A stretch of DNA of 64,000 nt from Haplodiscus bocki. Its lineage: Eukaryota. Every line of letters starts with the position of its first letter. The first letter of the stretch is position 1. The DNA is taken from the NCBI GenBank assembly GCA_965655095.1, contig OZ296659.1, forward strand, positions 24,056,001-24,120,000, read 5' to 3'. Under the pieces are notes generated by a model, which saw only the letters and a program-made list of their open reading frames with translations, made no database searches and had not been told where the DNA came from. Shown in pieces: positions 12,601-28,200 of this stretch. The translations under genes and the position numbers were made by a program.

Positions 12601-15600
12601 AAGTTTGGCTAAACTGCCTAAACAGTCGGAGCAATTTTCAGAATAAAAAAAAGCGGTGCTGTCAGAAATAATGTAATAAAGGGAAGGATGAAATCCGAAA
12701 AACAAAAAAAAAACAGGCAAAATGCGATATCCCATGGTAAAAGCTACGTTTCATGCATCAGAACCCAGATTTGCACATCACAGTAGGTACTCCAAACTAG
12801 CCAAACAGAATCGACCAAAATCAGCACCGGTGAAAATCAGTTGTTAGTGGAAGCATTGTTCCAATACGTAGACAGACAAAACACGAAAATTGGGAGAAGC
12901 AAACCAACATGGGATTATCAGAAGGTGAAAACTATCTTCCATAAATCAACTCCAAGTGCTGGATTTCACATATATTTCGAGAAACTAATGGAACTTTCGA
13001 AAAACACTTATAACTACATTGGAAAAAAACACGGCACAAGGATCACTGTTACACTTGAAGGAAATGTACTACTAAAAAGGGAAAAACCAGTAGACGATCA
13101 AAGCAATATCAGCAGCTAAAAGCTATCTTTCAAGTGAGACAGCTATGGAAGATCTGACAAACTAACGAAACCTTTATATCAAGGATAAAAAGCTTGAAAA
13201 AAGTTGCAGCTATCAAACTCAATGGGGGCATATTAAGGACGAAAAACCTTAGGGGAAAACAAAGGACGAAAATCAGAAATATAAGAGCCAGAAAAACGAG
13301 AGAGCCGAAGGTAAAGTCAATCATACAATTATCAGAAGCCAGATTTTAACATCACAAAGAAAATCCACCAACCAACGCAACAAACAAATCGACCAAAATC
13401 ACGATCATGGAAATCTGGTTACTGGATACAGTTTTCTAAAACGTAAAAACAGACGGACAAAACGCGAAAGTCACAAGAAGCAAATGAAAAAAAAATTATC
13501 AGAAGGTAAAAGTCATTTTCCATGTATCACAACCCAGTCCCAAACATCAGATTCATTTTGACAAAAAAAACATTCACACAAACACTATCCTTAGTCCAAT
13601 AAAACCTTGGAATAAGGCAGAATATTCAACTTCCAGAAAGCTTTAAAAGAAACAGGACAAGCAAACGAAACTTGCAAAAATACAAGGCGAAACCTATCAC
13701 CCATGTAATTGAAATATCGACATTCTGCTCAATCGAGAACCTGCAACGTTAGCAAAACATTTGAATCCAAGATCATAATCTCCAAAGAAAGCGGAGAAGT
13801 CAAAGTTGATGGAGAACAGGAAGACACAAGACTCGAAAAGAGAAAAACAGGAAAAAAGACCTCAGATGGTAACAGCCCTCTTTCATGTAATAGCCCTCAA
13901 TGCCGAACACCGCAAAGTTCGACAAACTCAGATAACATTCAAAGGAAAGTTATCATTAGTTTGAAAAAATAACTTGAAAGACACGTTCTAGTGAAAAGGA
14001 AAAGTAAACGAACAAAGGATTATCAGTAGGTAAGATTCATCTTTCATGTATCAGAACCCAGTGCTAAAACATCACATTCATTTGGACCAACTAACGAAAC
14101 ATTCAAACCAACACTATCTATACTTTGATAAAAACTTGGAGCAAAGAAAAATGTTACACTTCGAAAAAACGTGAAAGTAAACGACAACAACAAACGAAAA
14201 ACGCAATTTTAGAAGGCAAAAGCTATTTATTATATAGTAGAAACATGGAAGTTTGGCTGAACAGCCTAAACAGTCGGAGCAATTTTCAGAATAAAAAAAA
14301 GCGGTGCTGTCAGAAATAATGGAATGAAGGGAAGGATGAAATCCGAAAAACAAAAAAAAACAGGGAAAATGCGATATCCCATGGTAAAAGCTACGTTTCA
14401 TGCATCAGAACCCAGATTTGCACATCACAGTAGGTACTCCAAACTAGCCAAACAGAATCGACCAAAATCAGCACCGGTGAAAATCAGTTGTTAGTGGAAG
14501 CATTGTTCTAATACGTAGACAGACAAAACACGAAAATTGGGAGAAGCAAACCAACATGGGATTATCAGAAGGTGAAAACTATCTTCCATAAATCAACTCC
14601 AAGTGCTGGATTTCACATATATTTCGAGAAACTAATGGAACTTTCGAAAAACACTTATAACTACATTGGAAAAAAACACGGCACAAGGATCACTGTTACA
14701 CTTGAAGGAAATGTACTACTAAAAAGGGAAAAACCAGTAGACGATCAAAGCAATATCAGCAGCTAAAAGCTATCTTTCAAGTGAGACAGCTATGGAAGAT
14801 CTGACAAACTAACGAAACCTTTATATCAAGGATAAAAAGCTTGAAAAAAGTTGCAGCTATCAAACTCAATGGGGGCATATTAAGGACGAAAAACCTTAGG
14901 GGAAAACAAAGGACGAAAATCAGAAATATAGGAGCCAGAAAAACGAGAGAGCCGAAGGTAAAGTCAATCATACAATTATCAGAAGCAAGATTTTAACATC
15001 ACAAAGAAAATCCACCAACCAACGCAACAAACAAATCGACCAAAATCACGATCATGGAAATCTGGTTACTGGATACAGTTTTCTAAAACGTAAAAACAGA
15101 CGGACAAAACGCGAAAGTCACAAGAAGCAAATGAAAAAAAATTATCAGAAGGTAAAAGTCATTTTTCATGGATCACAACCCAGTCCCAAAAATCAGATGC
15201 ATTTTGACAAAAAGAAAACATTCACACAAACACTATCCTCAGTCCAATAAAACCTTGGAATAAGGAAGAATATTTAACTTCCAGAAAGCCTTAAAAGAAA
15301 CAGGACAAGCAAACAAAACTTGCACAAATAGAAGGCGAAACCTATCACTCATGTAATTGAAATATCGAAATTCTGCTCAATCGAGAACCTGCTACGTTAG
15401 CAAAACACTTCAATCCAAGATTCTAATCTCCAAAGAAAGCGGAGAAGTCAAAGTTGATGGAGAACAGGAAGACACAAGACTCGAAAAGAGAAAAACAGGA
15501 AAAAAGACCTCAGATGGTAAAAGCCCTCTTCCATGTAACAGCCCTCAATGCCGAACACCACAAAGTTCGACAAACTCAGATAACATTCAAAGGAAAGTTA

Positions 15601-16220
15601 TCATTAGTTTGAAAAAAATAACTTGAAAGACACGTTCTAGTGAAAAGGAAAAGGAAAACGAACAAAGGATTATCAGTAGGTAAGATTCATCTTTCATGTA
15701 TCAGAACCCAGTGCTAAAACATCACATTCATTTGGACAAACTAACGAAACATTCAAACCAACACTATCTATATTTTGATAAAAACTTGGAGCAAAGAAAA
15801 ATGTTACACTTCGAAAAAACGTGAAAGTAAACGACAACAACAAACGAAAAACGCAATTTTAGAAGGCAAAAGCTATTTATTATATAGTAGAAACTTGGAA
15901 GTTTGGCTAAACTGCCTAAACAGTCGGAGCAATTTTCAGAATAAAAAAAAGCGGTGCTGTCAGAAATAATGGAATAAAGGGAAGGATGAAATCCGAAAAA
16001 CAAAAAAAAACAGGCAAAATGCGATATCCCATGGTAAAAGCTACGTTTCATGCATCAGAACCCAGATTTGCACATCACAGTAGGTACTCCAAACTAGCCA
16101 AACAGAATCGACCAAAATCAGCACCGGTGAAAATCAGTTGTTAGTGGAAGCATTGTTCCAATACGTAGACAGACAAAACACGAAAATTGGGAGAAGCAAA
16201 CCAACATGGGATTATCAGAA
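9626..16220. repeat. ~3,299 bp higher-order repeat (dimer of family I units), two copies
   Basis: The KTFESKII variant occurs at 10410 and 13709 (offset 3,299). The alternating KTLQSKIL variant occurs at 12060 and 15357. ALIF and APIF variants alternate at 9831, 11479, 13130 and 14777. Confidence 0.85.
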
Positions 16221-19200
16221 GGTGAAAACTATCTTCCATAAATCAACTCCAAGTGCTGGATTTCACATATATTTCGAGAAACTAATGGAACTTTCGAAAA
16301 ACACTTATAACTACATTGGAAAAAAACACGGCACAAGGATCACTGTTACACTTGAAGGAAATGTACTACTAAAAAGGGAAAAACCAGTAGACGATCAAAG
16401 CAATATCAGCAGCTAAAAGCTATCTTTCAAGTGAGACAGCTATGGAAGATCTGACAAACTAACGAAACCTTTATATCAAGGATAAAAAGCTTGAAAAAAG
16501 TTGCAGCTATCAAACTCAATGGGGGCATGTTAAGGACGAAAAACCTTAGGGGAAAACAAAGGACGAAAATCAGAAATATAGGAGCCAGAAAAACGAGAGA
16601 GCCGAAGGTAAAGTCAATCATACAATTATCAGAAGCCAGATTTTAACATCACAAAGAAAATCCACCAACCAACGCAACAAACAAATCGACCAAAATCACG
16701 ATCATGGAAATCTGGTTACTGGATACAGTTTTCTAAAACGTAAAAACAGACGGACAAAACGCGAAAGTCACAAGAAGCAAATGAAAAAAAAATTATCAGA
16801 AGGTAAAAGTCATTTTTCATGGATCACAACCCAGTCCCAAAAATCAGATTCATTTTGACAAAAAGAAAACATTCACACAAACACTATCCTCAGTCCAATA
16901 AAACCTTGGAATAAGGAAGAATATTTAACTTCCAGAAAGCCTTAAAAGAAACAGGACAAGCAAACAAAACTTGCACAAATAGAAGGCGAAACCTATCACT
17001 CATGTAATTGAAATATCGAAATTCTGCTCAATCGAGAACCTGCTACGTTAGCAAAACACTTCAATCCAAGATTCTAATCTCCAAAGAAAGCGGAGAAGTC
17101 AAAGTTGATGGAGAACAGGAAGACACAAGACTCGAAAAGAGAAAAACAGGAAAAAAGACCTCAGATGGTAAAAGCCCTCTTCCATGTAACAGCCCTCAAT
17201 GCCGAACACCACAAAGTTCGACAAACTCAGATAACATTCAAAGGAAAGTTATCATTAGTTTGAAAAAATAACTTGAAAGACACGTTCTAGTGAAAAGGAA
17301 AAGGAAAACGAACAAAGGATTATCAGTAGGTAAGATTCATCTTTCATGTATCAGAACCCAGTGCTAAAACATCACATTCATTAGGACAAACTAACGAAAC
17401 ATTCAAACCAACACTATCTATATTTTGATAAAAACTTGGAGCAAAGAAAAATGTTACACTTCGAAAAAAAGTGAAAGTAAACGACAACAACAAACGAAAA
17501 ACGCAATTTTAGAAGGCAAAAGCTATTTATTATATAGTAGAAACTTGGAAGTTTGGCTAAACTGCCTAAACAGTCGGAGCAATTTTCAGAATAAAAAAAA
17601 GCGGTGCTGTCAGAAATAATGGAATAAAGGGAAGGATGAAATCCGAAAAACAAAAAAAAAACAGGCAAAATGCGATATCCCATGGTAAAAGCTACGTTTC
17701 ATGCATCAGAACCCAGATTTGCACATCACAGTAGGTACTACAAACTAGCCAAACAGAATCGACCAAAATCAGCACCGGTGAAAATCAGTTGTTAGTGGAA
17801 GCATTGTTCTAATACGTAGACAGACAAAACACGAAAATTGGGAGAAGCAAACCAACATGGGATTATCAGAAGGTGAAAACTATCTTCCATAAATCAACTC
17901 CAAGTGCTGGATTTCACATATATTTCGAGAAACTAATGGAACATTCGAAAAACACTTATAACTAAATTGGAAAAGAATACGGCACAAGGATCACTGTTAC
18001 ACTTGAAGGAAATGTACTACTAAAAAGGGAAAAACCAGTAGACGATCAAAGCAATATCGGAAGCTAAAAGCTTATCTTTCACGTCAGACAGCTATGGAAG
18101 ATCTGACAAACTAACGAAACCTTTATATCAAGGATAAAAAGCTTGAAAAAACTTGCAGTTAACAAACTCAATGGGGGCATATTAAGGACGAAAAATCTTA
18201 GGGGAAAACAAAGGACGAAAATCAGAAATATAAGCGCCAGAAAAACGAGAGAGCCGAAGGTAAAATCAATCATACAATTATCAGAAGCCAGATTTGAACA
18301 TCACAAAGAATATCCACCAACCAACGCAACAAACAAATCGACCAAAATCACGATCGTGGAAATCTGGTTACTGGATACATTTTTCTAAAACGTAAAAACA
18401 GACGGACAAAACGCGAAAGTCACAAGAAGCAAATGAATAAAGGATTATCAGAAGGTAAAAGTCATTTTTCATGTATGACAACCCAGTCCCAAACATCAGA
18501 TTCATTTTGACAAAAAAAAACATTCACACAAACACTATCCTTAGTCCAAAAAAAACCTTGGAATAAGGAAGAATATTTAACTTCCAGAAAGCCTTAAAAG
18601 AAAAAGGACAAGCAAACGAAAATTGCAAAAATAGAAGGCGAAACCTATCACTCATTTAATTGAAATATCGCAATTCTGCTCAATCGAGAACCTGCTACGT
18701 TAGCAAAACACTTGAATCCAAGATTCCAATCTTCAAAGAAAGCGGAGAAGTCAAAGTTGATGGAATACAGGAACACAAGACCCGTAAAGAGAAAAACAGC
18801 GAAAACAGACATCAGATGGTAAAAGCCCTCTTCCATGTATTAGCCCCGAATGCTCAACATCACAAAGTTCGACAAACTCAGATAACATTCGAATGAAAGT
18901 TATCATTAGTTGCAAAAGACGAACTTGAAAGACACGTTCTACCAAAAAGGAAAAGTAAACGAACAAAGGATTGTCAGGTAAGATTCATCTTTCATGTATC
19001 AGAACCCAGTGCTAAACAGCACATTCATTTGGACAAACTAACGAAACATTCAAACCAACACTATCTATATTTTGATAAAAACTTGGAGCAAAGAAAAATG
19101 TTACACTTCGAAAAGACGTGAAAGTAAACGAGAACAACAAACGAAAAACGCAATTTTAGAAGGCAAAACCTATTTCTTATATAGAACCAACATGGAAGTT

Positions 19201-22200
19201 CGGCTAAACAGCCTAAACAGTTGGAACGATTATGAATAAAAAAAGGCGGTGCTGTCAGAAAAAAGGGCATGAAGGAAAGGACGAACTCCAAAAAACAAAA
19301 CAGGGAAAATGCGATATCCCATGGTAAAAGCTACGTTTCATGCATCAGAACCCAGATTTGCACATCACAGTAGGTACTCCAAACTAGCCCAACAGAATCG
19401 ACCAAAATCACCACCGGTGAAAATCAGTTGTTAGTGGAAGCATTGTTCAAATACGTAGACAGACAAAAGACGAAAATTGGGAGAAGCAAACCAACATGGG
19501 ATTATCAGAAGTTGAAAACTATCTTCCATAAATCAGCTCCAAGTGGTGGATTTCACATATATTTCGAGAAACTAATGGAACATTCGAAAAACACTAATAA
19601 CTACATTGGAAAAAAAACACGGCACAAGGATCAATGTTACACTTGGAGGAAATGTACTACTAAAAAGGGAAAAACCAGCAGCCGATCAAAGCAATATCAG
19701 AAGCTAAAAGCTTATCTTTCACGTAAGACAGCTATGGAAGATCTGACGAACGAAACCTTTATATCAAGGATAAAAAGCTCGAAAAAAGTTGCAGCTATCA
19801 AACTCAATGGGGGCATATAAAGGACGAAAAACCTTAGGGGAAAAAAAGAAAGAAAATTAGAAATATAACAGCCAGAAAAACGAGAGAGCCGAAGGTAAAA
19901 TCAATCATACAATTATCAGAAGCCAGATTTGAACATCACAAAGAAAATCCACCAAGCAACGCAACAAACAAATCGACCAAAATCACGATCGTGGAAATCT
20001 GGTTACTGGATACATTTTTCTAAAACGTAAAAACAGACGGACAAAACGCGAAAGTCACAAGAAGCAAATGAATAAAGGATTATCAGAAGGTAAAAGTCAT
20101 TTTTCATGTATCACAACCCAGTCCCTAACATCAGATTCATTTTGACAAAAAAAACATTCACACAAACACTATCCTTAGTCCAATAAAAAACCTTGGAATA
20201 AGGAAGAATATTCAACTTCCAGAAAGCCTTAAAAAACAGGACAAGCAAACGAAAATTGCAAAAATAGAAGGCGAAACCTATCACTCATGTAATTGAAATA
20301 TCGAAATTCTGCTCAATCGAGAACCTGCTACGTTAGCAAAACACTTGAATCCAAGATTCCAATCTTCAAAGAAAGCGGAGAAGTCGAAGTTGATGGAATA
20401 CAGGAAGACAAAAGACTCGAAAAGAGAAAAACAGGAACAAAAGACATCAGATGGTAAAAGCCCTCTTCCATGTATTAGCCCCCAATGCTGAACATCAAAA
20501 AGTTCGACAAACTCAGATATTATTCAAATGAAAGATATCATTAGTTTGAAAAAACTAACTTGAAAGACACGTTCTAGTGAGAAGGAAAAGAAAACGAACA
20601 AAGGATTATCAGTCGTAAGATTCATCTTTCATGTATCAGAACCCAGTGCTAAACATCACATTCATTTGGACACAAACTAACGAAACAATCAAACCAACAC
20701 TATCTATATTTTGATAAAAACTTGGAGCAAATAAAAATGTTACACTTCGAAAAAACGTGAAAGTAAACGACAACAACAAACAAAAAACGCAATTTTAGAA
20801 GGCAAAACCTATTTCTTATATAGTACAAACATGGAAGTTCGGCTGAACAGCCTAAACAGTTGGAACAATTATCAATAAAAAAAGGCGGTGCTGTCAGAAA
20901 AAAGGGCATGAAGGAAAGGACGAACTCCAAAAAACAAAACAGGGAAAATGCGATATCCCATGGTAAAAGCTACGTTTCATGCATCAGAACCCAGATTTGC
21001 ACATCACAGTAGGTACTCCAAACTAGCCAAACAGAATCGACCAAAACCACCACCGGTGAAAATCAGTTGTTAGTGGAAGCATTGTTCTAATACGTAGACA
21101 GACAAAACACGAAAATTGGGAGAAGCAAACCAACATGGGATTATCAGAAGGTGAAAACTATCTTCCATAAATCAGCTCCAAGTGCTGGATTTCACATGTA
21201 TTTCGAGAAACTAATGGAACATTCGAAAAACACTTATAACTACATTGGAAAAAAACACGGCACAAGGATCACTGTTACGCTTGAAGGAAATGTACTACTA
21301 AAAAGGGAAAAACCAGTAGACGATCAAAGCAATATCAGAAGCTAAAAGCTATCTTTCACGTAAGACAGCTATGGAAGATCTGACAAACTAACGAAACCTT
21401 TATATCAAGGATAAAATCTTGAAAAAAGTTGCAGCTATCAAACTCAATGGGGGCATATAAAGGACGAAAAACCTTAGGGGAAAACAAAGGACGAAAATCA
21501 GAAATAAAACAGCCAGAAAAACGAGAGAGCCGAAGGTAAAATCAATCATACAATTATCAGAAGCCAGATTTGAACATCACAAAGAAAATCCACCAACCAA
21601 CGCAACAAACAAATCGACCAATATCACGATCGTGGAAATCTGGTTACTGGATACATTTTTCTAAAACGTAAAAACAGACGGACAAAACGCGAAAGTCACA
21701 AGAAGAAAATGAATAAAGGATTATCAGAAGGTAAAAGTCATTTTTCATGTATCACAACCCAGTCCCAAACATCAGATTCATTTTGACAAAAAAAAACATT
21801 CACACAAACACTATCCTTAGTCCAATAAAAAAACCTTGGAATAAGGAAGAATATTTAACTTCCAGAAAGCCTTAAAAGAAACAGGACAAGCAAACGAAAA
21901 TTGCAAAAATAGAAGGCGAAACCTACCACTCATGTAATTGAAATATCGAAATTCTGCTCAATCGAGAACCCGCTACGTTAGCCAAACACCTGAATCCAAT
22001 ATTCCAATCTTCAAAGAAGGCTGAGAAGTCGAAGTTGGTGGAATACAGGAAGACAAAAGACTCGAAAAGAGAAAAACAGGAAAAAAAGACATCAGATGGT
22101 AAAAGCCCTCTTCCATGTATTAGCCCCAAATGCTGAACATCACAAAGTTCGACAAACTCAGATAGTATTCAAATGAAAGATATCATTAGTTTGAAAAACT

Positions 22201-25200
22201 TGAAAGACACGTTCTAGTGAAAAGGAAAAGAAAACGAACAAAGGATTATCAGTCGGTAAGATTCATCTTTCATGTATCAGAACCCAGTGCTAAACATCAC
22301 ATTCATTTGGACAAACTAACGAAACATTCAAACCAACACTATCTATATTTTGATAAAAACTTGGAGCAAAGAAAAATGTTACACTTCGAAAAAACGTGAA
22401 AGTAAACGACAACAACAAACGAAAAACGCAATTTTAGAAGGCAAAAGCTATTTATTCTATAGTAGAAACATGGAAGTTTGGCTAAACAGCCTAAACAGTC
22501 GGAGCAATTTTCAGAATAAAAACAAAGCGGTGCTGTGAGAAATAATGGAATGAAGGGAAGGATGAAGTCCGAAAAACAAAAAAAAACAGGGAAAATGCGA
22601 TATCCCATGGTAAAAGCTACGCTTCATGCATCAGAACCCAGATTTGCACATCACAGTAGGTACTCCAAACTAGCCTAACAGAATCGACCAAAATCACCAC
22701 CGGTGAAAAACAGTTGTTAGTGGAAGCATTGTTCTAATACGTAGACAGACGAAACACGAAAATTGGGAGAAGCAAACCAACATGGGATTATCAGAAGGTG
22801 AAAACTATCTTCCATAAATCAGCTCCAGGTGCTGGATTTCACATATATTTCGAGAAACTAATGGAACATTCGAAAAACACTTATAACTACATTGCAAAAA
22901 AACACAAAAGGATCACTGTTACACTTGAAGTAAATGTACTACTAAAAAGGAAAAAACCAGTGGACGATCAAAGCAATATCAGAAGCTAAAAGCTATCTTT
23001 CACGTAAGACAGCTATGGAAGTTCTGACAAACTAACGAAACCTTTATATCAAGGATAAAAAGCTTGAAAAGAGTTGCAGCTATCAAACTCAATGGGGGGA
23101 TATACAGAACGAAAAACCTTAATGAAACAAAGGACGAAAATCAGAAATATAACAGCCAGAAAAACGAGAGAGCCGAAGGTAAAATCAATCATACAATTAT
23201 CAGAAGCCAGATTTGAACATCAAAGAAAATCCACCAACCAACGCAACAAATAAATCGACCAAAATCAGGATCGTGGAAATCAAGTTACTGGATACATTTT
23301 TCTGAAACGAAAAAACAGACGGACAAAACGCGAAAGTCACAAGAAGCAAATGAATAAAGGATTATCAGAAGGTAAAAGTCATTTTTCATGTATCACATCC
23401 CAGTCCCAAACATCAGATTCATTTTGACAAAAAAAAAACAATCACATAAACACTATCCTTAGTCCAATAAAAAACCTTGGAATAAGGAAGAATATTTAAC
23501 TTCCAGAAAGCCTTAAAAGAAACAGGACAAGCAAACGAAAATTGCAAAAATAGAAGGCGAAACCTATCACTCATGTAATTGAAATATCAAAATTCTGCTC
23601 AATCGAGAACCTGCTACGTTAGCAAAACACTTGAATCCAATATTCCAATCTTCAAAGAAAGCTGAGAAGTCGAAGTTGATGGAATACAGGAAGACAAAAG
23701 ACTCGAAAAGAGAAAAACACGAAAAAAAGACATCAGATGGTAAAAGCCCTCTTACATGTATTAGCCCCAAATGCTGAACATCACAAAGTTCGACAAACTC
23801 AGATAGTATTCAAATGAAAGATATCATTAGTTTGAAAAACTTGAAAGACACGTTCTAGTGAAAAGGAAAAGAAAACGAACAAAGGATTATCAGTCGGTAA
23901 GATTCATCTTTCATGTATCAGAACCCAGTGCTAAACATCACATTCATTTGGACAAACTAACGAAACATTCAAACCAACACTATCTATATTTTGATAAAAA
24001 CTTGGAGCAAAGAAAAATGTTACACTTCGAAAAAACGTGAAAGTAAACGACAACAACAAACGAAAAACGCAATTTTAGAAGGCAAAAGCTATTTATTCTA
24101 TAGTAGAAACATGGAAGTTTGGCTAAACAGCCTAAACAGTCGGACCAATTTTCAGAATAAAAAAAAAGCAGTGCTGTGAGAAATAATGGAATGAAGGGAA
24201 GGATGAAGTCCGAAAAACAAAAAAAAACAGGGAAAATGCGATATCCCATGGTAAAAGCTACGCTTCATGCATCAGAACCCAGATTTGCACATCACAGTAG
24301 GTACTCCAAACTAGCCTAACAGAATCGACCAAAATCACCACCGGTGAAAAACAGTTGTTAGTGGAAGCATTGTTCTAATACGTAGACAGACGAAACACGA
24401 AAATTGGGAGAAGCAAACCAACATGGGATTATCAGAAGGTGAAAACTATCTTCCATAAATCAGCTCCAGGTGCTGGATTTCACATATATTTCGAGAAACT
24501 AATGGAACATTCGAAAAACACTTATAACTACATTGCAAAAAAACACAAAAGGATCACTGTTACACTTGAAGTAAATGTACTACTAAAAAGGAAAAAACCA
24601 GTGGACGATCAAAGCAATATCAGAAGCTAAAAGCTATCTTTCACGTAAGACAGCTATGGAAGTTCTGACAAACTAACGAAACCTTTATATCAAGGATAAA
24701 AAGCTTGAAAAGAGTTGCAGCTATCAAACTCAATGGGGGGATATACAGAACGAAAAACCTTAATGAAACAAAGGACGAAAATCAGAAATATAACAGCCAG
24801 AAAAACGAGAGAGCCGAAGGTAAAATCAATCATACAATTATCAGAAGCCAGATTTGAACATCAAAGAAAATCCACCAACCAACGCAACAAATAAATCGAC
24901 CAAAATCAGGATCGTGGAAATCAAGTTACTGGATACATTTTTCTGAAACGAAAAAACAGACGGACAAAACGCGAAAGTCACAAGAAGCAAATGAATAAAG
25001 GATTATCAGAAGGTAAAAGTCATTTTTCATGTATCACATCCCAGTCCCAAACATCAGATTCATTTTGACAAAAAAAAACAATCACATAAACACTATCCTT
25101 AGTCCAATAAAAAACCTTGGAATAAGGAAGAATATTTAACTTCCAGAAAGCCTTAAAAGAAACAGGACAAGCAAACGAAAATTGCAAAAATAGAAGGCGA

Positions 25201-28200
25201 AACCTATCACTCATGTAATTGAAATATCAAAATTCTGCTCAATCGAGAACCTGCTACGTTAGCAAAACACTTGAATCCAATATTCCAATCTTCAAAGAAA
25301 GCTGAGAAGTCGAAGTTGATGGAATACAGGAAGACAAAAGACTCGAAAAGAGAAAAACACGAAAAAAAGACATCAGATGGTAAAAGCCCTCTTACATGTA
25401 TTAGCCCCAAATGCTGAACATCACAAAGTTCGACAAACTCAGATAGTATTCAAATGAAAGATATCATTAGTTTGAAAAACTTGAAAGACACGTTCTAGTG
25501 AAAAGGAAAAGAAAACGAACAAAGGATTATCAGTCGGTAAGATTCATCTTTCATGTATCAGAACCCAGTGCTAAACATCACATTCATTTGGAAAAACTAA
25601 CGAAACATTCAAACCAACACTATCTATATTTTGATAAAAACTTGGAGCAAAGAAAAATGTTACACTTCAAGAAAACGTAAAAGTAAACGACAACAACAAC
25701 AATCGAAAAACGCAATTTTAGAAGGCAAAAGCTATTTATCATACAGTAGAAACATGGAAGTTCGGTTATACAGCCTAAACAGTTGGAAGTATTATCAGAA
25801 TCAAAACAAAGCGGTGCTGTCAGAAATATTGGAATGAAGGAAAGGATGAAATCCGAAAAACAAAAAAAAACAGGGAAAATGCGATATCCCATGGTAAAAG
25901 CTACGTTTCATGCATCAGAACCCAGATTTGCACATCACAGTAGGTACTCAAAACTAGCCAAACAGAATCGACCAAAATCACCACCGGTGAAAATCAGTTG
26001 TTAGTGGAAGAATTGTTGTATTACGTAGACAGACAAAACACGAAAATCAGGAGAAGCAAACCAACATGGGATTATAGGAAGGTGAAAACTATCTTCCATA
26101 AAGCAGCTCCAAGTGCTGAATTTCAAATAAATTTCGAGAAACTAATGCAACATTCGAAAAACACTTATAACTACATTGGAAAAAAACACGGCACAAGGAT
26201 CACTGTTACACTTAAAGTAAATGTACTACTAAAAAGGAAAAAACCAGTGGACGATCAAAGCAATATCAGAAGCTAAAAGCTATCCTTCACGTAAGAGAGT
26301 TATGGAAGATCTGACAAACTAAAGGAACCTTTATATCAAGGATAACAAGCTTGAAAAAAGTTGCAGCTGTCAAACTCAATGGGGGCATATAAAGGACGAA
26401 AATCCTTAGGGGAAAATAAAGGACGAAAATCAGAAATGTAACAGCCAGAAAAAAGAGAGCCGAAGGTAAAATCAACCATACAATTATCAGAAGCCAGATT
26501 TGAACATCACAAAAGAATCCACCAACCAACGCAACAAATAAATCGACCAGAATCACGATTGTGGAAATCTGGTTACTGGATACATTTTTCTAAAACGTAA
26601 AAACATAGACGGACAAAACGCGAAAGTCACAAGAAGCAAATGAAAAAAGGATTATCAGAAGGTAAAAACCATTTTTCAAGTATCACAACCCAGTCCCAAA
26701 CATCAAATTCATTTTGACAAAAAAAAACATTCACACAAACACTATCCTTAGTCCGATAAAAACGTGGAATAAGGAAGAAGATTTAACTTCGAGAAAGCCT
26801 TAAAAGAAACAGGACAAGCAAACGAAAATTGCAAAAATAGAAGGCGAAACCTATCACTCATGTAAATGAAATATCGAAATTCTGCTGAATCGAGAACCTG
26901 CTACGTTAGCGAAACAGTTGAATCCAAGATTCCAATCTTCAAAGAAAGCGTAGAAGTCAAAGTTGATGGAATACAGGAAGACACAAAACTCGAAAAGAGA
27001 AAAACAGGAAAAAAGACCTCAGATGGTAAAAGCCCTCTTCCATGTAAAAGCCCTCAATGCTGAAAATCACAAAGTTCGACAAACTCAGATAACATTCAAA
27101 GGAAAGTTATCATTAGTTTGAAAAAAGTAATTTGAAAGACACGTTCTAGTGAAAAGGAAAAGAAATCGAACAGGGATGATCAGTCGGTAAGATTCATCCT
27201 TCATGTATCAGAACACAGTGCTAAACATTACATTCATTTGGACAAACTAACGAAACATTCAAACCAACACTATCTACAGTTTGATAAAAACATGGAGCAA
27301 AGAAAAACGTTACACTTGAAGAAAACGTAAAAGTAAACGACAACAACAATCGAAAAAAGCAATTTTTGAAGGCAAGACCTATTTCTTATATACTATAAAC
27401 ATGGAAGTTCGGTTAAACAGCCTAAACAGTTGGAACAGTTATCAGAATCGAAACAAAGCGGTACTGTCAAAAATAATGGAAATAAGGAAAGGACGAAAAC
27501 CGAAAAACAGAAAAAAAACAGGGAAAATGCGATATCAGATGGTAAAAGCTACGTTTCATGCATCAGAACCCATATTTGCACATCACAGTAGGTACTCCAA
27601 ACTAGCCAAACAGAATCGACCAAAATCACCACCGGTGAAAATCAGTTGTTAGTGGAAGAATTGTTGTAATACGTAGACAGACAAAACACGAAAATCAGGA
27701 GAAGCAAACCAACATGGGATTATAGGAAGGTGAAAACTATCTTCCATAAAGCAGCTCCAAGTGCTGAATTTCAAATAAATTTCGAGAAACTAATGCAACG
27801 TTCGAAAAACACTTATAACTACATTGGAAAAAAACACGGCACAAGGATCACTGTTACACTTGAAGAAAAAGTACTACTAAAAAAGGAAAAACCAGTCGAC
27901 GATCAAACCAAAATCACAAGCTAAAAGCTACCTTTCACGTAAGAGAGCTATGGAAGATCTGACAAACTAAAGGAACCTTTATATCAAGGATAACAAGCTT
28001 GAAAAAAGTTGCAGCTGTCAAACTCAATGGGGGCATATAAAGGACGAAAATCCTTAGGGGAAAATAAAGGACGAAAATCAGAAATGTAACAGCCAGAAAA
28101 AAGAGAGCCGAAGGTAAAATCAACCATACAATTATCAGAAGCCAGATTTGAACATCACAAAAAATTCCACCAACCGACGCAACAAACAAATCGACCAGAA

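Noticed and set aside
25688-25703. (CAA)n length variation (2-4 copies) and A-run length differences as a programmed switch
   Set aside because: Ordinary slippage, and possibly homopolymer sequencing error. There is no associated gene to be phase-varied.
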